The notes under the pieces were generated by a model. The model was not told where the DNA came from, ran no database searches, and saw only the letters and a program-made list of their open reading frames with translations. From Mobula hypostoma (Eukaryota): 64,000 bases of DNA. Positions 1 to 15,300 of the stretch are shown here, piece after piece. The stretch lies in NCBI RefSeq assembly GCF_963921235.1, contig NC_086097.1:109804001-109868000 (forward strand), given 5' to 3'. A program made the translations under genes and the position numbers. Each line of letters begins with the position of its first letter. Position 1 is the stretch's first letter.

Positions 1-2589
1 GTTCCCATTCTCCCTGCCTCTGTCTCTAATCCATGCAGGGCATTCCACACGTCCACTACACCCTGTATCAAAAATCTGCTTCTGACATCAGCCCTCCAAA
101 CACCTTAAATGCTCCCAATCTCTCTGCCTCTATCACTAACTCTGGCAGGGCATTCCACACGTCCACTACACCCTGTGTCAAAAATCTACTTCTGACATCA
201 GCCCTCTAAACACCTTAAAAGTTGCCAATCTCTCTGCCTCTATCACTAACCCTGGCAGGGCATTCCACACGTCCACTACACCGTGTCAAAGATCTGCTTC
301 TAACATCAGCCGTGCAAACACTTTAAATCTTCCCAATCTCTCTGCCTCTATCACTAACCCTGGCAGGGCATTCCACACACCCACTACACCCTGCGTCAAA
401 AATCTGCTTCTGACATCAGCCCTCCAAACACCTTAAATGTTCCCAATCTCTCTGCCTCTATCACTAACCCTGGCAGGGCATTCCACACACCCACTACACC
501 CTGTGTCCAAAATCTACTTCTGACATCAGCCCTCCAAACACCTTAAATATTCCCAATCTCTCTGCCTCTATCACAAATCCTTGCAGGGCATTCCACACAC
601 CCACTACACCCTGAGCCAAAATTCTACTTCTGACATCAGACCTGCAAACACCTTAAATGTTCCCAATCTCTCTGCCTCTATCACTAACCCTGGCAGGGCA
701 TTCCACACACCCACTACACCCTGTGTCAAAAATCTACTTCTGACATCAGCCCTCCAAACACCTTAAATGTTCCCAATCTCTCTGCCTCTGTCACAAACCC
801 TGGCAGGGCATTCCACACACCCACTACACCATGCGTCAAAAATCTGCTTCTGACATCAGCCCTCCAAACACCTTAAATATTCCCAATCTCTCTGCCTCTT
901 TCACTAACCCTGGTAGGTCATTTCACACGTCCACTACACCCTGCGTAAACAATCTACTTCTGACATCAGCCCTCCAAACTCCTTAATTCTTCCCAGTCTC
1001 TCTGCCTCTGTCACTAACCCTGGCAGGGCATTCCACACGTCCACTACACCCTGTGTCAAAAATCTGCTTCTGACATCAGTCCTCTAAACACCTTAAATCT
1101 TCCCAATTTCACTACCTCTATCACTAACACTGGCAGGGCATTCCACACACCCACTACACCCTGCTTCAAATATCTACTTCTGACATCAGACCTCCAAACA
1201 CCTTACATTTTCCCAATCTCTCTGCCTCTGTCACTAACCCTGGCAGGGCATTCAACACACCCACTACAACCTAAGTCCAAAATCTACATCTGACATCATC
1301 CCTCCAAACACCTTAAATGTTCCCAATCTCTCTGTCTCTGTCACTAATCCTGGGAGGGCATTCCACACACCCATTACACGCTGTGCCAAAAATCTACATC
1401 TGACACAGTCCTCTAAACACAATAAGTGTTCCCAATCTCTCTGCCTCCATCACTAACCCTGGCAGGGCATTCTACACATCCACTACACCCTGCGTAAAAA
1501 TTCTACTTCTGAAATCAGCCCTCCAAACACCTTAAATGTTCCCAATCTCCCTGCCTCTGTCTGTAATCCATGCAGGGCATTCCACACGTCCACTACACAC
1601 TGTATCAAAAATCTGCTTCTGACATCAGCCCTCCAAACACCTTAAATGCTCCCAATCACTCTGCCTCTATCACTAACCCTTGCAGGGCATTCCACACATC
1701 TACTACACCAGGTGTCAAAAATCTACTTCTGACATCAGCCCTCCAAACACACTTAATCTTCCCAATCTCTCTGCCTCTGGCACTAACTGTGGCAGGGCAT
1801 TCCACACACCCACTACACCCGGTATCCAAAATCTAGTTCTGACATCAGCCCTCCAAATACCTTAAATGTTCCCAATCGCTCTGCCTCTGTCACGAACCCT
1901 GGCAGGGCATTCCACATGTCCACTACACACTGTGTCAAAAATCTGCTTCTGACATCAGACCTCCAAAGACCTTAAATGTTCCCAGTCTCTCTGCTTCTCT
2001 CACTAACCCTGGCAGGGCATTCCACACACCCACTACATCCTGTGTTCAAAATCTACTTCTGACATCAGACTTCCAAACACCTGAAATGTTTCCAATCTCT
2101 CTGCCTCTATCACTAACCCTGGCAGGGCATTCCACACGTCCACTACACAGTGTCAAAAATCTTCTTCTAACATCAGCCCGGCAAACACCTTAAATCTTCC
2201 CAATCTCACTACCTCTATCACGAACCCAGGCAGGGCATTCCACACACCCACTACACCCTGCTTAAAAATTCTACTTCTGAAATCAGCCCTCCAAACACCT
2301 TAAATGTTCCCAATCTCTCTGCCTCCATCACTAACCCTGGCAGGGCATTCCACACGTCCACTACACACTGCGTCAAAAATCTGCTTCTGACATCAGCCCT
2401 CCAAACACCATAAATCTTCTAAATCTCTCTGCCTCTCTCACAAAACCTGGCAGGGCATTTCACACGTCCACTACACCCTGTGTCAAAAATCTGCTTCTGA
2501 CATCAGCCCTCCAAACACCTTAAATCTTCCCAATCTCTCTGCCTCTATCACTAACCCTGGCAGGGCATTCCACACGTCCACTACACACT

Positions 2590-5500
2590 GTATCAAAAAT
2601 CTGCTTCTGACATCAGCCCTCCAAACACCTTAAATGCTACCAATCTCTCTGTCTCTGTCACTAATCCTGGGAGGGCATTCCACACACCCATTACACACTG
2701 TGCCAAAAATCTACATCTGACACAGTCCTCTAAACACAATAAGTGTTCCCAATCTCTCTGCCTCCATCACTAACCCTGGCAGGGCATTCTACATATCCAC
2801 TACACCCTGCGTAAAAATTCTACTTCTGAAATCAGCCCTCCAAACACCTTAAATGCTCCCAATCTCTTTGCCTCTGTCTCTAATCCATGCAGGGCATTCC
2901 ACACGTCCACTACACACTGTATCAAAAATCTACTTCTGACATCAGCCCTCCAAACACCTTAAATCTTCCCAATCTCTCTGCCTCTATCACTAACCCTGGC
3001 AGGGCATTCCACACACCCACTACACCCTGTGTCAAAAATCTGCTTCTGACATCAGCCCTCCAAACACCTTAAATGTTCCCAATCTCTCTGCCTCTATCAC
3101 TAACCCTGGCAGGGCGTTCCACACACCCACTACACCCTGTGTCGACAATGTACTTCTGACATCTGCCCTCCAAACACCTTAAATGTTCCCAATCTCTCTT
3201 CCTCTATCACTAACCCTGGCAGGGCAGTCCACACACCCACTACACCCTGTGTCAAAAATCTACTGCTGACATCAGCGCTGCAAAAACATTAAATGTCCCA
3301 ATCCCTCTGCCTCTGTCACTAACCCTGGCAGGGCGTTCCACACGTCCACTACACCCTGTGTTAAAAATCTACCTCTGACATCACACCTCTAATCACCTTA
3401 AATGTTCCCAATCTCTCCAGCTCTACCACTAACCCTGGCTGCGCATTCCACACGTCCACTACACCCTGCGTAAAAAATCTACTTCTGACATCAGTCCTCC
3501 AAACACGTTAAAAGTTCCCAATCTCTCTGCCTCTGTCACTAACCCTGGCAAGGCATTCCACACATACACTACACCCTGTGTCAAAAATCTCCTTCTTACA
3601 TCAGCCCTCCAAATACCTTAAATGTTCCCAATCTCTCTGCCTCTATAACTAACCCTGGCAGGGCATTCCACAAGTCCACTACACACTGAGTCAAAAATCG
3701 ACTTCTGACATCAGCCCTCCAAACACCTTAAATGTTCCCAATCTCTCTGCCTCTATCACTAACCCAGGCAGGGCGTTCCACACACCCACTGCACCCTGTG
3801 TCCAAAATCTACTTCTGACAACAGTCCTCCAAACACCTTAAATGTTCACAATCTCTCTGCCTATATCACTAGCCCTGGCAGGGCGTTCCACACGTCCACT
3901 ACACCCTGTGTCAAAAATCTACTTCTGACATCAGCCCTCCAAACACCTGAAATGTTCCCAATCTCTCTGCCTCTATCACTAACCCTGGCAGGGCATTCCA
4001 CATGTCCACTACACCCTGTGTCAAAAATCTGCTTCCGACATCAGCCCTACAAACACCTTAAATCTTCCCAATCTCTCTGCCTCTAACCCTAACCCTGGCA
4101 GGACGTTCCAGACACCCACTACACCCTGTGTCCAAAATCTACTTCTGACATCAGCTCTCCAAACACCTTAAATGTTCCCAATCTCTCTGCCTCTATCACT
4201 AACCCTGGCAGGGCATTCCACACGTCCACTACACCCTGTGTCAAAAATCTACTTCTGACATCAGCCCTCCAAACACCTTAAATGTTCCCAATCTCTCTGC
4301 CTCTATCACTAACCCTGGCAGGGCGTTCCACACACCCACTACACCCTGTGTCCAAAATCTACTTCTGACATCAGCCCTCCAAACACCTTAAATGTTCCCA
4401 ATCTCTCCTCCTCTATCACTAACCCTGGCAGGGCATTCCACACGCCCAGTACATCCTGCGTAGAAAATCTACTTCTGACATATGCCCTCCAAACACCTTA
4501 TATCTTCTCAATCTCTCAACCAGTATCACTAGCCCTGGCAGGACATTCCACACCACCACTGCACACTGTGTCAAAAATCTACATCTGACATCAGCTCTCC
4601 AAACACCTTAAATGTTCCCAATCTCTCTGCCTTTATCACTAGCCCTGGCAGGACATTCCACACACCCACTGCACCCTGCGTATAAAATCCACCTCTGACA
4701 TCAGTCCTCCAAACACCTTAAATGTTCCCTATCTCTCTGCCTGTCACTAACACTGGCTGGGCATTCCACACGTCCACTACACCCTGTGACAAAAACTGCT
4801 TCAGACATCAGCCCTCCAAACACCTTAAATCTTCCCAATCTCTCTGCCTCTATCACTAACACTGGCAGGGCATTCCACACACCCACTACACCCAGCTTCA
4901 AATATCTACTTCTGACATCAGACCTCCAAACACCTTACATTTTCCCAATCTCTCTGCCTCTGTCACTAACCCTGGCAGGGCATTCCACACACCCACTACA
5001 ACCTAAGTCCAAAATCGACTTCTGACATCAGCCCTCCAAACACCTTAAATGTTCCCAATCTCTCTGTCTCTGTCACTAATCCTGGGAGGGCAATCCACAC
5101 ACCCATTACACGCTGTGCCAAAAATCTACATCTGACACAGTCCTCTAAACACAATAAGTGTTCCCAATCTCTCTGCCTCCATCACTAACCCTGGCAGGGC
5201 ATTCTACACATCCACTACACTCTGCGTAAAAATTCTACTTCTGAAATCAGCCCTCCAAACACCTTAAATGTTCCCATTCTCCCTGCCTCTGTCTCTAATC
5301 CATGCAGGGCATTCCAAACGTCCACTACACACTGTATCAAAAATCTGCTTCTGACATCAGCCCTCCAAACACCTTAAATGCTACCAATCTCTCTGTCTCT
5401 GTCACTAATCCTGGGAGGGCATTCCACACACCCATTACACACTGTGCCAAAAATCTACATCTGACACAGTCCTCTAAACACAATAAGTGTTCCCAATCTC

Positions 5501-8500
5501 TCTGCCTCCATCACTAAGCCTGGCAGGGCATTCTACACATCCACTACACCCTGCGTAAAAATTCTACTTCTGAAATCAGCCCTCCAAACACCTTAAATGC
5601 TCCCAATCTCCCTGCCTCTGTCTCTAATCCATGCAGGGCATTCCACACGGCCACTACACACTGTATCAAAAATCTGCTTCTGACATCAGCCCTCCAAACA
5701 CCTTAAATGTTCCCAATCTCTCTGCCTCTATCACTAAACCTTGCAGGGCATTACACACATCTACTACACCCGGTGTCAAAAATCTACTTCTGACATCAGC
5801 CCTCTAAACACCTTAAATGTTCCCAATCTCTCTGCCTCTATCACTAACCCTGGCAGGGCGTTCCACACACCAACTACACCCGGTATCCAAAATGTATTTC
5901 TGACATCTGCCCTCCAAACACCTTAAATGTTCCCAATCTCTCTGCCTCTCTCACTAACCCTGGCAGGGCAGTCCACACACCCACTACACCCTGTGTCAAA
6001 AATCTACTGCTGACATCAGCGCTGCAAAAACATTAAATGTCCCAATCCCTCTGCCTCTATCACTAACCCTGGCAGGGCGTTCCACACGTCCACTACACCC
6101 TGTGTTAAAAATCTACCTCTGACATCACACCTCTAATCACCTTAAATGTTCCCAATCTCTCCAGCTCTACCACTAACCCTGGCTGCGCATTCCACACGTC
6201 AACTACACCCTGCGTAAAAAATCTACTTCTGACATCAGTCCTCCAAACACTTTAAAAGTTCCCAATCTCTCTTCCTCTGTCACTAACCCTGGCAGGGCAT
6301 TCCACACATCCACTACACCCTGTGTCAAAAATCTCCTTCTTACATCAGCCCTCCAAATACCTTAAATGTTCCCAATCTCTCTGCCTCTATAACTAACCCT
6401 GGCAGGGCATTCCACAAGTCCACTACACACTGAGTCAAAAATCGACTTCTGACATCAGCCCTACAAACACCTGAAATCTTCCCAATCTCTCTGCCTCTAT
6501 CACTAACCCAGGCAGGGCGTTCCACACACCCACTGCACCCTGTGTCCAAAATCTACTTCTGACATCAGTCCTCCAAACACCTTAAATGTTCACAATCTCT
6601 CTGCCTATATCACTAGCCCTGGCAGGGCGTTCCACACGTCCACTACACTCTGTGTCAAAAATCTACTTCTGACATCAGCCCTCCAAATACCTGAAATGTT
6701 CCCAATCTCTCTGCCTCTATCACTAACCCTGGCAGGGCATTCCACATGTCCACTACACCCTGTGTCAAAAATCTGCTTTTAACATCAGCCCTACAAACAC
6801 CTTAAATCTTCCCAATCTCTCTGCCTCTAACCCTAACCCTGGCAGGACGTTCCAGACACCCACTACACCCTGTGTCCAAAATCTACTTCTGACATCAGCT
6901 CTCCAAACACCTTCAATGTTCCCAATTTCTCCTCCTCTATCACTAACCCTTGCAGGGCATTCCACACGTCCACTACACTCTGAGTCAAAAATCTACTTCT
7001 GACATCAGCCCTCCAAATACCTGAAATGTTTCCAATCTCTCTGCCTCTATCACTAACCCTGGCAGGGCATTCCACACGCCCAGTACATCCTGCGTAGAAA
7101 ATCTACTTCTGACATATGCCCTCCAAACACCTTATATCTTCTCAATCTCTCAACCAGTATCACTAGCCCTGGCAGGACATTCCACACCACCACTGCACAC
7201 TGTGTCAAAAATCTACATCTGACATCAGCTCTCCAAACACCTTAAATGTTCCCAATCTCTCTGCCTTTATCACTAGCCCTGGCAGGACATTCCACACACC
7301 CACTGCACCCTGCGTATAAAATCCACCTCTGACATCAGTCCTCCAAACACCTTAAATGTTCCCTATCTCTCTGCCTGTCACTAACACTGGCTGGGCATTC
7401 CACACGTCCACTACACCCTGTGACAAAAACTGCTTCAGACATCAGCCCTCCAAACACCTTAAATCTTCCCAATCTCACTACCTCTATCACTAACACTGGC
7501 AGGGCATTCCACACACCCATTACACCCAGCTTCAAATATCTACTTCTGTCATCAGCCCTCCAAACACCTTACATTTTCCCAATCTCTCTCCCTCTGTCAC
7601 TAACCCTGGCAGGGCATTCCACACACCCACTACAACCTAAGTCCAAAATCGACTTCTGACATCAGCCCTCCAAACACCTTAAATGTTCCCAATCTCTCTG
7701 TCTCTGTCACTAATCCTGGGAGGGCAATCCACACACCCATTACACGCTGTGCCAAAAATCTACATCTGACACAGTCCTCTAAACACAATAAGTGTTCCCA
7801 ATCTCTCTGCCTCCATCACTAACCCTGGCAGGGCATTCTACACATCCACTACACTCTGCGTAAAAATTCTACTTCTGAAATCAGCCCTCCAAACACCTTA
7901 AATGTTCCCATTCTCCCTGCCTCTGTCTCTAATCCATGCAGGGCATTCCAAACGTCCACTACACACTGTATCAAAAATCTGCTTCTGACATCAGCCCTCC
8001 AAACACCTTAAATGCTACCAATCTCTCTGTCTCTGTCACTAATCCTGGGAGGGCATTCCACACACCCATTACACACTGTGCCAAAAATCTACATCTGACA
8101 CAGTCCTCTAAACACAATAAGTGTTCCCAATCTCTCTGCCTCCATCACTAAGCCTGGCAGGGCATTCTACACATCCACTACACCCTGCGTAAAAATTCTA
8201 CTTCTGAAATCAGCCCTCCAAACACCTTAAATGCTCCCAATCTCCCTGCCTCTGTCTCTAATCCATGCAGGGCATTCCACACGTCCACTACACACTGTAT
8301 CAAAAATCTGCTTCTGACATCAGCCCTCCAAACACCTTAAATGCTCCCAATCACTCTGCCTCTATCACTAAACCTTGCAGGGCATTACACACATCTACTA
8401 CACCCGGTGTCAAAAATCTACTTCTGACATCAGCCCTCTAAACACCTTAAATGTTCCCAATCTCTCTGCCTCTATCACTAACCCTGGCAGGGCGTTCCAC

Positions 8501-10620
8501 ACACCAACTACACCCGGTATCCAAAATGTATTTCTGACATCTGCCCTCCAAACACCTTAAATGTTCCCAATCTCTCTGCCTCTCTCACTAACCCTGGCAG
8601 GGCAGTCCACACACCCACTACACCCTGTGTCAAAAATCTACTGCTGACATCAGCGCTGCAAAAACATTAAATGTCCCAATCCCTCTGCCTCTGTCACTAA
8701 CCCTGGCAGGGCGTTCCACACGTCCACTACACCCTGTGTTAAAAATCTACCTCTGACATCACACCTCTAATCACCTTAAATGTTCCCAATCTCTCCAGCT
8801 CTACCACTAACCCTGGCTGCGCATTCCACACGTCCACTACACCCTGCGTAAAAAATCTACTTCTGACATCAGTCCTCCAAACACTTTAAAAGTTCCCAAT
8901 CTCTCTTCCTCTGTCACTAACCCTGGCAGGGCATTCCACACATCCACTACACCCTGTGTCAAAAATCTCCTTCTTACATCAGCCCTCCAAATACCTTAAA
9001 TGTTCCCAATCTCTCTGCCTCTATAACTAACCCTGGCAGGGCATTCCACAAGTCCACTACACACTGAGTCAAAAATCGACTTCTGACATCAGCCCTACAA
9101 ACAACTGAAATCTTCCCAATCTCTCTGCCTCTATCACTAACCCAGGCAGGGCGTTCCACACACCCACTGCACCCTGTGTCCAAAATCTACTTCTGACAAC
9201 AGTCCTCCAAACACCTTAAATGTTCACAATCTCTCTGCCTATATCACTAGCCCTGGCAGGGCGTTCCACACGTCCACTACACTCTGTGTCAAAAATCTAC
9301 TTCTGACATCAGCCCTCCAAATACCTGAAATGTTCCCAATCTCTCTGCCTCTATCACTAACCCTGGCAGGGCATTCCACATGTCCACTACACCCTGTGTC
9401 AAAAATCTGCTTTTAACATCAGCCCTACAAACACCTTAAATCTTCCCAATCTCTCTGCCTCTAACCCTAACCCTGGCAGGACGTTCCAGACACCCACTAC
9501 ACCCTGTGTCCAAAATCTACTTCTGACATCAGCTCTCCAAACACCTTCAATGTTCCCAATTTCTCCTCCTCTATCACTAACCCTTGCAGGGCATTCCACA
9601 CGTCCACTACACTCTGAGTCAAAAATCTACTTCTGACATCAGCCCTCCAAATACCTGAAATGTTCCCAATCTCTCTGCCTCTATCACTAACCATGGCAGG
9701 GTGTTCCACACACCCAATACACCCTGTGTCAAAATCCTACTTCCGACAACAGCCCTCCAAACAACTTAAACGTTTCCAATCTCTCTGCCTCTATCACTAA
9801 CCCTGGCAGGGCATTCCACACGCCCAGTACATCCTGCGTAGAAAATCTACTTCTGACATATGCCCTCCAAACACCTTATATCTTCTCAATCTCTCAACCA
9901 GTATCACTAGCCCTGGCAGGACATTCCACACCACCACTGCACACTGTGTCAAAAATCTACATCTGACATCAGCTCTCCAAACACCTTAAATGTTCCCAAT
10001 CTCTCTGCCTTTATCACTAGCCCTGGCAGGACATTCCACACACCCACTGCACCCTGCGTATAAAATCCACCTCTGACATCAGTCCTCCAAACACCTTAAA
10101 TGTTCCCTATCTCTCTGCCTGTCACTAACACTGGCTGGGCATTCCACACGTCCACTACACCCTGTGACAAAAACTGCTTCAGACATCAGCCCTCCAAACA
10201 CCTTAAATCTTCCCAATCTCACTACCTCTATCACTAACACTGGCAGGGCATTCCACACACCCATTACACCCAGCTTCAAATATCTACTTCTGTCATCAGC
10301 CCTCCAAACACCTTACATTTTCCCAATCTCTCTCCCTCTGTCACTAACCCTGGCAGGGCATTCCACACACCCACTACAACCTAAGTCCAAAATCGACTTC
10401 TGACATCAGCCCTCCAAACACCTTAAATGTTCCCAATCTCTCTGTCTCTGTCACTAATCCTGGGAGGGCAATCCACACACCCATTACACGCTGTGCCAAA
10501 AATCTACATCTGACACAGTCCTCTAAACACAATAAGTGTTCCCAATCTCTCTGCCTCCATCACTAACCCTGGCAGGGCATTCCACACACCCACTACACCC
10601 TGCGTAAAAATTCTACTTCT
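2590..10620. repeat. Higher-order repeat domain A: ~3 copies of a 25-mer/24-mer (2,744/2,634 bp)
   Basis: Diagnostic variants recur at fixed offsets: TACTGCTGAC at 3,261/6,005/8,639, CTAACCCTAACCCT at 4,083/6,827/9,461, and near-identical ORFs at 4,701/7,335/10,079. Boundaries are approximate. Confidence 0.9.
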
Positions 10621-12399
10621 GAAATCAGCCCTCCAAACACCTTAAATGTTCCCAATCTCTCTGCCTCCATCACTAACCCTGGCAGGGCATTCCACACGTC
10701 CACTACACACTGCGTCAAAAATCTGCTTCTGACATCAGCCCTCCAAACACCATAAATCTTCTAAATCTCTCTACCTCTCTCACAAAACCTGGCAGGGCAT
10801 TTCACACGTCCACTACACCCTGTGTCAAAAATCTGCTTCTGACATCAGCCCTCCAAACACCTTAAATCTTCCCAATCTCTCTGCCTCTATCACTAACCCT
10901 GGCAGGGCATTCCACACACCCACTACAGCCTGTGTCCAAAATCTACTTCTGACATCAGCTCCCCAATCACCTTAAATGTTCCCAATCTCTCTGCTTCTCT
11001 CACTAACCCTGGCAGGGCATTCCACATGTCCACTGCACCCTGCAAAATCAATCTACTTCTGACATCAGCCCTCCAAACTCCTTAATTCTTCCCAGTCTCT
11101 CTGCCTTTGTCACTAACCCCGGCAGGGCATTCCACACGTCCACTACAACGTTTCAAAGATCTGCTTCTAACATCAGCCCTGCAAATACCTTAAGTCTTCC
11201 CAATCTCACTACCTCTATCACTAACACTGGCAGGGCATTCCACACACCCACTACACCCTGCGTCAAATATCTACTTCTGCCATCAGCCCTCCAAACACAT
11301 TACATGTTCCCAACCTCTTTTCCTCCATCACTAACCCTGGCAGGGCATTCCACACACCCACTACAGCCTGTGTCCAAAATCTACTTCTGACATCAGCCCT
11401 CCAAACACCTTAAATATTCCCAATCTCTCTGCCTATATCACAAATCCTTGCAGGGCATTCCACACACCCACTACACCCTGAGCCAAAATTCTACTTCTGA
11501 CATCAGACCTGCAAACACATTAAATGTTCCCAATCTCTCTACCTCTATCACTAACCATGGCAGGGCATTCCACACACCCACTACAGCCTGTGTCAAAAAT
11601 CTACTTCTGACATCAGCCCTCCAAACACCTTAAATGTTCCCAATCTCTCTACCTCTATCACTAACCCTGGCAGGGCATTCCACACACCCTCTACACCCTT
11701 TGTCAAAAATCTGCTTCTGACATCAGCCCTCCAAACACCTTAAATATTCCCAATCTCTCTGTCTCTGTCACTAATCCTGGGAGGGCATTCCACACGTCCA
11801 CTACACCCTGCGTAAACAATCTACTTCTGACATCAGCCCTCCAAACTCCTTAATTCTTCCCAGTCTCTCTGCCTCTGTCACTAACCCCGGCAGGGCATTC
11901 CACACGTCCACTACACTGTGTCAAAAATCTGCTTCTGACATCAGTCCTCTAAACACCTTAAATCTTCCCAATTTCACTACCTCTATCACTAACACTGGCA
12001 GGGCATTCCACACACCCACTACAACCTAAGTCCAAAATAAACATCTGACATCAGCCCTCCAAACACCTTAAATGTTCCCAATCTCTCTGTCTCTGTCACT
12101 AATCCTGGGAGGGCATTCCACACACCCATTTACACGCTGTGCCAAAATCTACATCTGACACAGTCCTCTAAACACAATAAGTGTTCCCAATCTCTCTGCC
12201 TCCATCACTAACCCTGGAAGGGCATTCTACACATCCACTACACCCTGCGTAAAAATTCTACTTCTGAAATCAGCCCTCCAAACACCTTAAATGTTCCCAA
12301 TCTCCCTGCCTCTGTCTGTAATCCATGCAGGGCATTCCACACGTCCACTACACACTGTATCAAAAATCTGCTTCTGACATCAGCCCTCCAAACACCTTA

Positions 12400-15300
12400 A
12401 ATGCTCCCAATCACTCTGCCTCTATCACTAACCCTTGCAGGGCATTCCACACATCTACTACACCAGGTGTCAAAAATCTACTTCTGACATCAGACCTCTA
12501 AACACACTTAAATCTTCCCAATCTCTCTGCCTCTGGCACTAACTGTGGCAGGGCATTCCACACACCCACTACACCCGGTATCCAAAATCTAGTTCTGACA
12601 TCAGCCCTCCAAATACCTTAAATGTTCCCAATCGCTCTGCCTCTGTCACGAACCCTGGCAGGGCATTCCACATGTCCACTACACACTGTGTCAAAAATCT
12701 GCTTCTGACATCAGCCCTCCAAACACCATAAATCTTCCAAATCTCTCTACCTCTATCACTAACACTGGCAGGGCATTTCACACGTCCACTACACCCTGTG
12801 TCAAAAATCTGCTTCTGACATCAGCCCTCCAAAGACCTTAAATGTTGACAATCTCTCTACCTCTATCACTAACCCTGGCAGGGCATTCCACACACCCACC
12901 ACACCCTGCGTCAAATATCTACTTCTGCCATCAGCCCTCCAAACACATTATATGTTCCCAATCTCTCTTCCTCCATCACTAACCCTGGCAGGGCATTCCA
13001 CACATCCACTACACACTGTATCAAAAATCTGCTTCTGACATCAGCCCTCCAAACACCATAAATCTTCCAAATCTCTCTACCTCTATCACTAACACTGGCA
13101 GGGCATTTCACACGTCCACTACACCCTGTGTCAAAAATCTGCTTCTGACATCAGCCCTCCAAACACCATAAATCTTCCAAATCTCTCTACCTCTATCACT
13201 AACACTGGCAGGGCATTTCACACGTCCACTACACCCTGTGTCAAAAATCTGCTTCTGACATCAGCCCTCCAAACACCTTAAATCTTCCCAATCTCTCTGC
13301 CTCTATCACTAACCCTGGCAGGGCATTCCACACACCCACTACACCCTGCGTCAAATATCTACTTCTGCCATCAGACCTCCAAACACATTATATGTTCCCA
13401 ATCTCTCTTCCTCCATCACTAACCCTGGCAGGGCATTCCACACATCCACTACACACTGTATCAAAAATCTGCTTCTGACATCAGCCCCCCAAACACCTTA
13501 AATGTTCCCAATCTCTCTGCCTCCCACCCTAACCCTTGCAGGATATTCCACACATCCACTACACCCTGCGTAAAAATTCTACTTCTGACGTCAGCCCTCC
13601 AAACACCTTAAATGTTCCCAATCTCCCTGCCTCTGGTACTAATCCTGGAAGGGCATTCCACACGTCCACTACACGCTGTGTCAAAAATCTGCTTCTGACA
13701 TCAGCACTCCAAACACCATAAATGTTCCCAATCTCTCTGCCTCCCACCCTAACCCTTGCAGGATATTCCACACATCCACTACACCCTGCGTAAAAATTCT
13801 ACTTCTGACGTCAGCCCTCCAAACACCTTAAATGTTCCCAATCTCCCTGCCTCTGGTACTAATCCTGGAAGGGCATTCCACACGTCCACTACACGCTGTG
13901 TCAAAAATCTGCTTCTGACATCAGCACTCCAAACACCATAAATGTTCCCAATCTCTCTGCGCCGTTGACTAACCCTGGCAGGGCGTTCCACACACGCACT
14001 ACACCCTGTTCTCAAAATCTACTTCTGACATCAGACTTCCAAACACTTGAAATGTTTCCAATCTCTCTGCCTCTATCACGAACCCTGGCAGGGCATTCCA
14101 CACATCCACGACACCCTGTGTCAAAATTCTGCTTCTCACATCAGACTTCCAAACACCATAAATCTTCCAAATCTCTCTACCTCTATCACAAACCCTGGCA
14201 GGGCATTCCACACGTCCACTACACCCTGTGTCAAAAATCTGCTTCTAACATCAGACTTCCAAACACCTTAAAGTTCCCAATCTCTCTGCCTCTGTCAATA
14301 ACCCTGGGAGGGCATTCCACACGTCCACTACACCCTGTGTCAAATATCTGCTTCTGACATCAGCCCTCCAAACACCTGAAATGTTTACAATCTCTCTACC
14401 TCTATCACTAACCCTGGCAGGGCATTCCACACACCCACTACACACTGTGTCAAAAATCTGCTTCTGACATCAGCCCTCCAAGCACCCTTAATCTTCCCAA
14501 TCTCTCTGCCTCTGTCACCCACCCCGGCAGGGCATTCCACACGTCCACTACACCCTGCGTTAAAAATCTACTTCTGACATCAGTACTCCAAACTCCTTAA
14601 ATGTTCCCAATATCTCTGCCTCTATCATTAACCATGGCAGGACATTTCACACACCCATTAAACACTGTGTCAAAAATCTGCTTCTGACATCATCCCTCCA
14701 AACACCCTTAATCTTCCCAATCTCTCTGCCTCTGGCACTAACCCAGGCAGGGCGTTCCACACACCCACGACACCCTTTGTCAAAAATCTACTTCTGACAT
14801 CAGCCCTCCAAACACCTTAATTATTCCCAATCTCTCTGCCTCTTTCACTAACCCTGGTAGGGCATTCCACACGTCCACTACACCCTGCGAACACAATCTA
14901 CTTCTGACATCAGCCCTCCAAACTCCTTAATTCTTCCCAGTCTCTCTGTCTCTGTCACTAACCCCGGCAGGGCATTCCACACGTCCACTACACCGTGTCA
15001 AAGATCTGCTTCTAACATCAGCCGTGCAAACACTTTAAATCTTCCCAATCTCACTACCTCTATCACTAACACTGGCAGGGCATTCCACACACCCACCACA
15101 CCCTGCGTCAAATATCTACTTCTGCCATCAGCCCTCCAAACACATTACATGTTCCCAATCTCTCTTCCTCCGTCACTAACCCTGGCAGGGCATTCCACAC
15201 GTCCACTACACACTGTATCAAAACTCTGCTTCTGACATCAGCCCCCCAAACACCTTAAATGCTCCCAATCTCTCTGCCTCCCACCCTAACCCTTGCAGGA

